Shown here piece after piece: positions 1-8,100 of a stretch of 35,615 bases of DNA (position 1 is the stretch's first letter; every line of letters begins with the position of its first letter). The stretch is from a virus: IMG/VR virus record IMGVR_UViG_3300017737_000031. One strand, 5' to 3'. A model generated the notes under the pieces. That model was not told the origin of the DNA. It did no database searches and saw only the letters and a program-made list of their open reading frames with translations. The translations under genes and the position numbers were made by a program.

Positions 1-50
1 CGGCGATAAGTTTTACCAGGGATTGACAGTACAAAAATATCAGTGTTTCT

Positions 51-58
51 TATAAATA
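51..58 (+). promoter_or_regulatory. T4-type late promoter motif TATAAATA
   Basis: Exact match to the T4 gp55-dependent late consensus, in non-coding DNA 70 nt upstream of ATG 128. Confidence 0.55.
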
Positions 59-70
59 CTGATTGGAAGA

Positions 71-99
71 TTGACAATATCGCTCCGGCAGTCTATACT
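71..99 (+). promoter_or_regulatory. sigma70-type (early) promoter
   Basis: TTGACA (71-76), 17-nt spacer, TATACT (94-99); upstream of SD-like CAGGA (116-120) and ATG 128. Confidence 0.85.
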
Positions 100-127
100 A
101 GTAAAGTCACACCACCAGGACACACTC

Positions 128-304
128 ATGTCAGTCGCTATCAGTCAGGCACAGAAACAACGTTACAGAATCACCCTGGATTTAGAGGTGATGGAAGACT
201 TCAACCCACATAATATTGATTGGGAGAGTCTATTTGAACTGGAAGGAAATGAGCAGTTGATTGATAGTTACGTAGAGGACCTGAGTAATCCTGTCCGGTG
301 GTAG
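128..304 (+). CDS. small acidic hypothetical protein (58 aa)
   Basis: ATG 128 follows a promoter and SD; the track's TTG 71 is the -35 box. MSVAISQAQKQRYRITLDLEV...DLSNPVRW resembles small cyanophage hypotheticals (from memory). Confidence 0.75.
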   Translation: MSVAISQAQKQRYRITLDLEVMEDFNPHNIDWESLFELEGNEQLIDSYVEDLSNPVRW

Positions 305-373
305 TTTGATGGCAGTTTCTGACAGTTAGTCTCAGAACAGTTAGTATCACTTAGCAGTCTTATAACACGGGGG

Positions 374-402
374 TTGACAACAGCGATCCTCCGTGATATG
401 AT
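374..402 (+). promoter_or_regulatory. sigma70-type promoter with extended -10
   Basis: TTGACA (374-379), 17-nt spacer, TG (394-395), TATGAT (397-402). Confidence 0.8.
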
Positions 403-553
403 GAGGGGTGATATAACAGTTGTTTTGTTTTATGGGGGCGTATATAAAAACCGCATACTACCCTAACCTACAGAGGTGACATTTCGACTTAGATATATAA
501 AACAAAAATATTTTTCCGCGCCCAAAAAAAAAATTCCCGGAGGTAAAAAACCA

Positions 554-772
554 ATGGAAAAGGTTTATCACATTTATGTAAAAGAAGAGTGTATATACAA
601 CAATCTAAGTGAGTTACAATTTAATCAAACATGGAATGCCCTCAACGGTATGGTTGGTCTAATGAAGACTGATTATACCTTTGAGGATTTATCATATGAG
701 GAAGTAATTCGGCACCATGGAGGTTGTAGTACGGGTTCTTCTACAGAACCTCTAGGAGACGAATCATATTGA
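554..772 (+). CDS. hypothetical protein (72 aa)
   Basis: Strong SD GGAGGT (539-544) 9 nt before ATG 554; MEKVYHIYVKEECIY... The GTG 476 extension in the track crosses non-coding-looking A-rich DNA. Confidence 0.75.
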   Translation: MEKVYHIYVKEECIYNNLSELQFNQTWNALNGMVGLMKTDYTFEDLSYEEVIRHHGGCSTGSSTEPLGDESY

Positions 773-797
773 CAGACTACATAATCACTGATATAAT
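769..797 (+). promoter_or_regulatory. consensus sigma70 promoter with extended -10
   Basis: TTGACA (769-774, containing the TGA stop of the upstream ORF), 17-nt spacer, TG (789-790), TATAAT (792-797); ATG 821 follows. Confidence 0.9.
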
Positions 798-820
798 TGA
801 ACTGAAGTAATTTCAAAAAC

Positions 821-1591
821 ATGGCAAAAGGATTTACTGTAAAAGCAAATGCACCCAAGAAGACTCAGACACCTGAGTGGGACATTGCAGCGATTAAGGA
901 AAGGATGAAAGGAAAGACGATTGTATTTTGTCTTCCTGGACGAGGATGTTCTTTTATCTTCTTAAAGAACTTCGTACAACTGTGCTTTGACATGGTACAG
1001 AATGGTATGAGTATTCAGATCAGTCAAGACTACTCATCAATGGTTAACTTTGCACGTTGTAAGTGTTTAGGTGCAAATGTCCTACGTGGTCCTAAGCAGA
1101 TTCCTTGGGATGGAAAGTTACAATATGATTATCAACTGTGGATTGACTCAGATATCGTATTCGATACAAATAAGTTTTGGCAACTCTGCGATCTTGCTGT
1201 TCCTGCAGAAGGTGCAGAGAAGGAAATTACTTCTGGATGGTATGCCACTGAAGATGGACACACAACTTCAGTTGCTCACTGGTTAGAAGAAGAAGAGTTC
1301 CGCACTAATGGTGGAGTGATGAATCACGAAACTGTCGATTCCATTCAGAAGCGTAAGAAACCATTTACAGTTGATTACACTGGATTTGGATGGGTATTAG
1401 TGAAGAAGGGAGTCTTTGAAAATCTAGAGTATCCTTGGTTTGCTCCTAAGATGCAAGTCTTTGAGAGTGGGAATGTACAGGACATGTGTGGTGAGGATGT
1501 CTCATTCTGTCTTGATGCAAAGGAAGCTGGATTTGATATCTGGTGCGATCCTCGTATCAGAGTTGGTCACGAAAAAACTCGCGTAATCTAA
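821..1591 (+). CDS. putative glycosyltransferase, GT-A fold (GT2-like), 256 aa
   Basis: IVFCLPG N-terminal strand, DxD motif in YQLWIDSDIVF, TGFGWVLVKKGVF, CGEDVSFC and terminal VGHEK are typical GT-A motifs. Confidence 0.75.
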   Translation: MAKGFTVKANAPKKTQTPEWDIAAIKERMKGKTIVFCLPGRGCSFIFLKNFVQLCFDMVQNGMSIQISQDYSSMVNFARCKCLGANVLRGPKQIPWDGKLQYDYQLWIDSDIVFDTNKFWQLCDLAVPAEGAEKEITSGWYATEDGHTTSVAHWLEEEEFRTNGGVMNHETVDSIQKRKKPFTVDYTGFGWVLVKKGVFENLEYPWFAPKMQVFESGNVQDMCGEDVSFCLDAKEAGFDIWCDPRIRVGHEKTRVI

Positions 1592-1604
1592 GAGGTACTC
1601 AGTT

Positions 1605-1736
1605 ATGATGATGAAAGGTGGTACTTACGTTAAAGGTAAGCCGAAAAAAACTCGTCAAGGTAAGTCACAATATACCTTACTATCCGCGACTTCTCGCAAC
1701 AAAGCAAAAAAGCGTTATCGTGGGCAGGGTAAATAG
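1605..1736 (+). CDS. very basic small protein (43 aa), not in ORF track
   Basis: Read by hand: MMMKGGTYVKGKPKKTRQGKSQYTLLSATSRNKAKKRYRGQGK*. SD GAGGT at 1592-1596; fills the gap between flanking genes. Confidence 0.75.
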   Translation: MMMKGGTYVKGKPKKTRQGKSQYTLLSATSRNKAKKRYRGQGK

Positions 1737-1756
1737 AGCAGATACATTAATACATA

Positions 1757-2440
1757 ATGGCTGCTCTTATTTGCAACCTCCCCTCGGTAGAGGTCTGGGT
1801 ACGTAAAGAATATTTGACTGATCACCAAAGTGGTCATGGTGAATATGTGAAAGGCGTCTGGGTATCGTGTAAGTCGATACCTGGGCGCACTTTTTATTTT
1901 GAAACATATTTACCTGAATATGCTGCAATGTACGATAAACTACCGATTAGTGCATTTGTTTCATCACCTGAAACACCAAGTCCTGATATGAATCTACCCA
2001 ACCTACAGTTTTGGAACTGTATGGACTATGGTGTAGTTTCCATTACAAAACAATTCATTGGTTCTATGGACTATGAATTGTATACTCGCGACTTTGGTAT
2101 TCAAAAAGGTACATATATTTGTACTATAGATAACTACCATCAAGATCCTGAAGTAGTTGACTATGCTACAAGTGAAAATCCCGCAGAGCATAAGTCACAT
2201 AATCTAATTGAACTAGAGAATGGACAATATGCACTGTATCCAAACAATAGAATGCGTATCTTTGATAACAGTTTGACACCTGTCGAACCAAAAATGCCTG
2301 ACTTTAAGGTATCAACTCAATATTATCAAGTTGAAAATGGATTTGAGCGTCTCGGTATGGGTCGTGAAGATGAATATTTTTGGAAAACTGCTAAAGAACG
2401 TGAAGAATCACCCAACAAAGAGGAAAACACCGATGTCTGA
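1757..2440 (+). CDS. conserved phage hypothetical protein (227 aa)
   Basis: Long ORF with normal composition; VRKEYL, SIPGR, LPISAF, HKSHN and YPNNRM blocks resemble a widespread marine phage family (from memory). Confidence 0.85.
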   Translation: MAALICNLPSVEVWVRKEYLTDHQSGHGEYVKGVWVSCKSIPGRTFYFETYLPEYAAMYDKLPISAFVSSPETPSPDMNLPNLQFWNCMDYGVVSITKQFIGSMDYELYTRDFGIQKGTYICTIDNYHQDPEVVDYATSENPAEHKSHNLIELENGQYALYPNNRMRIFDNSLTPVEPKMPDFKVSTQYYQVENGFERLGMGREDEYFWKTAKEREESPNKEENTDV

Positions 2441-2621
2441 TGAACTTTATCCGAATAGAAATAAAGATTTTATGCGTGAAGTATGGGGAACAACGAGTTT
2501 AACCTCTGATTATTGGTCATTACCCGTTAAAAAAGTACTTCAAGAGATTGAAAACGACGACTTGACCGCAAAAAAGGACAATTTGGACGTTGAGGGTGAA
2601 ATTTTTGATCCTAATCCTTAA
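2433..2621 (+). CDS. hypothetical acidic protein (62 aa)
   Basis: SD GAGGA (2420-2424) before ATG 2433, overlapping the upstream stop by 8 nt; MSDELYPNRNKDFMREVWG... Confidence 0.65.
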   Translation: MSDELYPNRNKDFMREVWGTTSLTSDYWSLPVKKVLQEIENDDLTAKKDNLDVEGEIFDPNP

Positions 2622-2627
2622 TAAATA
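2620..2627 (+). promoter_or_regulatory. late promoter motif AATAAATA
   Basis: NATAAATA match overlapping the TAA at 2619-2621, 21 nt upstream of gp25. Confidence 0.7.
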
Positions 2628-2648
2628 AAATATAATCGCTATATTCGT

Positions 2649-3050
2649 GTGCCGATCCAACGGGTAAGTCAAGGTTTTAAAGATGTAAGCATGACTTTTC
2701 AGAGAAACCCTCTGAATGATGATCTTGTAACGCTTAAAAACCAGACTGCAATTGCCCGTTCAGTAAAAAATATCGTATTTACGCAACCTGGAGAGAAATT
2801 TTTTGATGAGGACTTTGGTTCTCGCGTCTCCAGGTTTTTATTTGAGAATATTAACCCTGTCACTGCTTCTAATATTAGAGACGAGATAGTTCAATCTATT
2901 TTGAACTACGAACCAAGAGTTAAATTGTCAGATGTATTTGTTATTCCAGATTATGACGGAAATATAATGAATGTAGCAATAGTATACAGCATCATTGGTG
3001 CCGATATACCACCACAATCATTAGATTTCGTTTTGCAACCAACCAGGTAA
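2649..3050 (+). CDS. gp25: baseplate wedge subunit gp25 (GPW/gp25 family)
   Basis: FKDVSMTF, IARSVKNIVFTQPGEKFFDEDFGS and YEPRVKL motifs; directly upstream of gp6. Confidence 0.92.
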   Translation: MPIQRVSQGFKDVSMTFQRNPLNDDLVTLKNQTAIARSVKNIVFTQPGEKFFDEDFGSRVSRFLFENINPVTASNIRDEIVQSILNYEPRVKLSDVFVIPDYDGNIMNVAIVYSIIGADIPPQSLDFVLQPTR

Positions 3051-3053
3051 AAA

Positions 3054-5123
3054 ATGCCACTATCAAATTTCACTAACCTGGATTTTAATCAGGTTAAAAC
3101 AACACTTAGAGAATATTTAAAGGAAAATTCTAGTTTTACAGACTATGATTTTGAAGGGTCTAACCTTTCTACAATTCTTGATGTTTTGGCATACAATACC
3201 TATATTACTTCATACAATGCAAACATGGTTGCAAATGAAGTTTTCATTGATAGTGCAACTTTAAGAGAAAATGTAGTTTCTTTAGCAAGAAATATTGGGT
3301 ATACACCAAAATCAAGGAAAGCTGCCCGTGCTACCATCACATTTTTTATTAACACTGGTAATCTTTCACCTACACCATCAACAATTACCCTTCAAAAAGG
3401 AGTTGTAGCAAGTTCTTCTAGTTCTTTTGGTTCTCAATCGTTTGTTTTCTCGATTTTAGAGGATGTTACGGTTCCTGTTGTCAATGATACAGCACAATTC
3501 AACAATATTCCCATTTATGAAGGTAATTTAGTAAGTTCTAACTTCACTTATAACGCAAGAAACCCAGAACAAAAGTTTATTCTGGATAATGTTGGTATTG
3601 ATAGTGATTTAATGACGGTTTCTGTTAAACCAAACCAACAATCTTCTAGAAATGTAAAATATAGTATCCAAAACAGTTTATTTGATATTGATGGCGATTC
3701 AACAGTTTACTTTATTCAAGAAGTTGACGATGAAAGGTATCAAGTCATTTTTGGAGATGGTATTTTTGGTAAAAAACTTGAAGACTCTAATTTTATCACC
3801 GTAAGTTACATCACTTCTAGTGGAGATGCTGCAAATGGAGTCAATAACTTCAAATTCTCAGGAAGACTTCAATATAATCGCAATTCTGCTGATTATGTCG
3901 TTACTTCTGGCATTTCTGCACTTACAACAGGTATAACGGCATCTGGAGGTGAGTCAATTGAAGGTGTTGAATCGATTAAAAAGTTTGCACCTCGCATTTA
4001 TGCCTCTCAAAACAGAGCACTAACTGCAAATGACTATGAAACACTAATTCCAGCAAGAATTTATCCCGAAACTGAGTCAATTTCAGTTTTTGGAGGAGAA
4101 GAGTTAGTTCCACCTCAATATGGTAAAGTTTTTATCAGTATAAAACCAAGATTTGGTGATTTCTTGCCAAATCTAATGAAAGAGAATATTAAAGCAAAAC
4201 TAAAACAATATTCTGTTGCAGGAATTGTACCGGAAATCTTGGATCTGAAATATCTTTATTTGGAAATTGATAGTAAAGTTTATTATAACACAAACTTGGC
4301 ACCATCGGCAGCTGCAGTGTCTACTATTGTTCAGAATAACGCAAATAAGTATTCTGAATCTTCTGAAATGAATAAGTATGGTGCTAGATTTAAATATAGT
4401 AAGTTTTTGAAAATTATTGATGATAGTCATGAAGCAGTGACTTCTAATATCACCACAGTCAAAATGAGAAGAGACTTGAGAGTTGTTACTAATGCTTTTG
4501 CAGAATATTCGATTGGATTTGGTAATGAATTCTATATTAAATCAATGAATGGTTACAATATCAAATCTTCAGGATTTAATATAGCGGGTATTAATGAACC
4601 GGTGTATTTGGGAGACCTTCCCGACACTAATAGAATAAATGGTACGGTATTTTTGTTTACTGTTCCATCTATTGGTTCTCAATCACCTACCATTGTAAGA
4701 AGAAATGCTGGAACTATTAATTATATTTCTGGAGTTGTAACTCTTAATCCTGTTAATATTCTTACAGCAAAGAATAAAGATGGAGTCCAAATTATAGAAG
4801 TTGAGGCAACTCCTTTATCCAATGATGTTGTCGGATTACAGGATCTTTATTTGCAACTAGATATAGGGGGTAGCAACGTTGAAATGATTGTTGATGAAAT
4901 ATCCTCCGGGTTAGACCCATCAGCATCAAACTACATTGTATCGCCAAGTTATGTAAACGGTAATCTAGTGAGGGCAGGTGGTAGTACATCTACTACAAGT
5001 ACCTCACAAGGGACTACAGGCACCACTGGTGGGGCGTTTACTACAAGTGGTACAACAGGTTCAACCTCTTCTACATCAACTACATCTACATCTGGATCCT
5101 CAGGATCAAGTTCTTCATACTAA
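3054..5123 (+). CDS. gp6: baseplate wedge subunit gp6
   Basis: LDFNQVK, DYDFEGSNLSTILDVLAYNTY, FIDSATLRENVVSLARNIGY, FGDG and QNRALTANDY motifs are characteristic of T4 gp6. Confidence 0.95.
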   Translation: MPLSNFTNLDFNQVKTTLREYLKENSSFTDYDFEGSNLSTILDVLAYNTYITSYNANMVANEVFIDSATLRENVVSLARNIGYTPKSRKAARATITFFINTGNLSPTPSTITLQKGVVASSSSSFGSQSFVFSILEDVTVPVVNDTAQFNNIPIYEGNLVSSNFTYNARNPEQKFILDNVGIDSDLMTVSVKPNQQSSRNVKYSIQNSLFDIDGDSTVYFIQEVDDERYQVIFGDGIFGKKLEDSNFITVSYITSSGDAANGVNNFKFSGRLQYNRNSADYVVTSGISALTTGITASGGESIEGVESIKKFAPRIYASQNRALTANDYETLIPARIYPETESISVFGGEELVPPQYGKVFISIKPRFGDFLPNLMKENIKAKLKQYSVAGIVPEILDLKYLYLEIDSKVYYNTNLAPSAAAVSTIVQNNANKYSESSEMNKYGARFKYSKFLKIIDDSHEAVTSNITTVKMRRDLRVVTNAFAEYSIGFGNEFYIKSMNGYNIKSSGFNIAGINEPVYLGDLPDTNRINGTVFLFTVPSIGSQSPTIVRRNAGTINYISGVVTLNPVNILTAKNKDGVQIIEVEATPLSNDVVGLQDLYLQLDIGGSNVEMIVDEISSGLDPSASNYIVSPSYVNGNLVRAGGSTSTTSTSQGTTGTTGGAFTTSGTTGSTSSTSTTSTSGSSGSSSSY

Positions 5124-5140
5124 GACGATAAATCCATAAA

Positions 5141-8100
5141 ATGTCAAAAAACAGAGTCCAACTTAACAGTGTTGTTTCTAGTCAACTTCCTCAATATGTT
5201 CAGGAAGATTATCCTTTAGTATCCAGTTTTTTAAAGCAGTACTATCTCGGACAAGAGTATCAGAGTGGACCTGTTGATCTAATTCAAAATATTGATGAGT
5301 ATATTAAATTAGATGAGACGACAAATGTAGTTGAATCTGTCATCCTTCAAGGTGATCTAAGTTTTTATGATAAAACAATTAAAGTAGACCCCTCAGAATC
5401 TCCCACAGGTACAATTGGATTTCCAGATTCTTATGGACTACTTAAAATTGACAATGAAATAATCACATATACTGGAAAAACTGATTATTCTTTTACTGGA
5501 TGTAGAAGAGGATTTGTAGGAATTACCTCATATAAGAGTAATACGAATAATAATGAACTAATATTTGAAGAAAGCGAATATGATGATCATACTGCAGGTT
5601 CAACTATTGAGAACCTGAGTATTTTATTTTTAAAGCAATTTTTACTCAAAACAAAAAATCAACTTCTTCCTGGATTAGAGAATAGAACTTTAACTGAAGA
5701 TCTTAATCAAAATATTTTTATAAAACAATCTAAAGATTTTTATCTTAGTAAAGGAACTGATCAATCCTATAAAATTTTATTTAAGGCATTATATAATAAG
5801 GATGTTTCTGTCATTAGACCATCGGAGTTTTTAGTTACTCCATCTAATGCCAGATATGAAATTGTAAACCAATTGGTTGTAGAACCTATTTCTGGAGACC
5901 CAGAAAATTTAGACACGGCAACTTTTTATCAAGATGCATATAAATTTGATAAAGATATTAATAGGGCATATGCTCCAATAACTTCTGTAGAGAAAATTGA
6001 AGTTGGATACGGGCAGACTTTCTACAAATTAAATTATGATGGGGGATATAATAGGGATATTGGTGTCGATGGAGTAGAGTATGGTCAGTTTCAAGTAGAA
6101 CCATCCACGAAAGTTATTGGAGCAGTTTCTTCTGGTGCTACCATTTTTGATGTTGATTCCACTGTTGGGTTTGGAACCACTGGAGAATTATATGTAACTT
6201 ATAATGATACTACAACTGGTGTTGTATCTTATACCTCCAAATCTTTAACTCAGTTCTTTGGTGTAACAAATTTAAGTGGTATTATTGATGATGCCACTAT
6301 AGTTGGTATTAATACTTTCTCATATGGTAGATCAAAATTAAATCAAGATGAAATAATAAAGGTAAGAGTATCCTCTGTATATAATTCAGTAAAGTTACCA
6401 AAAAATACTAACTCCTTTGTGAAAGGAACCACGGCAAACGTAACTACATATGGAATTTCCGAAAATAATTTTAAAACAGATAAATGGGAATATAATGTAT
6501 CTCCCCATTACGGTGTAGATAAAGTAGAATTAGTTGATAAATCAGACTTTACATATGCAATTACACTAAAATCTAAACATTATCTTAAAATTGGCAATTC
6601 TATTTTTGTAGTTTTAAAAGATAAGACAAAAGTTTCTTCTACAATAATTAGTATCGACAATGAAAAATCCTGTAAAATACGAGGTCAGGGTTCTTTAGAA
6701 AATTCTCAAGTTTCTTCTATACAAAGAAAGATACAAAAAGGATCTTCAAATACTTTCCCAAATATTACTTCTTTTTCAACTGGAGTTGATAATTTATATA
6801 AAAATGATGATGGAGAATATATTGTTGCATCTCCATCAATTCCTTCATATAATTCTCAACCAATTGAAGTTACCCCAAGAAAAGTAACTTTCTCTGGAAC
6901 GTTTATTGGAACTGAACTTGAAATAACTCCAGGCATAGAACATGGATTCTATACTGGTGATGCAGTTTACTATGCTGCGAGTACATCAGATGAAAAATAT
7001 GTTGATTCCTCAGGAACTGTAAGGACTAGGCAAAAAAGAAATACGGGTCTATTTAATGATGGACTTTATTTTATATCCAGAGTTGATGGATTCACTTTAA
7101 AATTTGCAAAGAGTAGAGATGATATTAATAATGGGAATTTTATAGATGTTGAAAGTTCTACAACTGTAAGTGATAGTATTATTCAACCATACACTTCTTT
7201 TGAAAAAACATTAAAACCACAAAAACTCTTAAGAAAAATTATTGATCCAAAGAGTCAGGGAGTTAAAAGTAAAACACTGCCAGGAACTACTGGAATATTA
7301 ATTAACGGTGTTGAAGTTTTAAATTATAAATCGGAAGATGTTGTACGATATGGTGCTATTGAAAGTATTGATATTTTATCGCCATCAAATAATATTGATG
7401 TCATAAATCCTCCAAATTTAATTATTAGTGATACCGTTGGGGCCGGGGCAACTGGGCATATTGCAGTATCTGGTTCCTTAAGAGAAATAAGAGTATTAGA
7501 TGGTGGATTTGATTATCTATCAACACCAACTCTTAAAATTGATGGTGGAAATGGTGCAGGTGCATTTGGCACGGTCAATATGAAAATGATTGACAATTCC
7601 CCAGAGTTCTTTGCAGATGAAGCATCTGCAAAAGTATCTTTAACAAATAATACCATTGGGTTTGCAACATATCACAAATTTAGAAATACGGAACAAGTAA
7701 TATACAAAACTTTTGATGAGGAATGTGTAGTTGGTTTGGATACTAGTGCATTATACTTTATATCGGTATCTGATAATGTATCAGTTAAACTACACCCAAC
7801 TCAAGCAGATGCCTTATCCGGTATAAACACAGTAAATTTAACTGGATTTGGTATTGGTAAACATGCACTTCAGAGTGTAAATAAAAAATCTATTGTATCT
7901 TCTGTTAATATTGTTAATGGTGGAAGTGATTATGAAACGAAAAAAAGAACAGCACATGTAACAGGAATCAATACTTCCTCAAATGTGATCACAATTAAAA
8001 ATCATGGTTATCAAAATGGGGAGAAAATCAAATATACTGTAGTAGGTTCTGTTGCAGAAGGTCTTACAAACAATACAGAATATTATGTAACCAGTAGAGA

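Noticed and set aside
23-58. TTGACA at 23-28 paired with TATAAA at 51-56 as a sigma70 promoter
   Set aside because: The spacer is 22 nt and no -10-like hexamer lies at 16-18 nt.
71-127. TTG start giving a 77-aa ORF
   Set aside because: The TTG is the -35 box; ATG 128 has an SD and lies downstream of the predicted TSS.
524-533. A10 homopolymer as a phase-variation or frameshift site
   Set aside because: It lies in probable non-coding leader, so no frame is affected; a single sequence gives no evidence of length variation.
476-553. GTG-started 26-aa N-terminal extension (MTFRLRYIKQKYFSAPKKKIPGGKKP)
   Set aside because: No SD at 476, it crosses an A10 run, and a perfect GGAGGT precedes ATG 554.
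1618-1806. 62-aa GTG ORF in the track
   Set aside because: Overlaps the better supported 1605-1736 ORF and the 1757 gene in another frame.
2331-2432. Upstream extension of the 2433-2621 ORF
   Set aside because: Lies wholly inside the 227-aa gene; ATG 2433 has its own SD.
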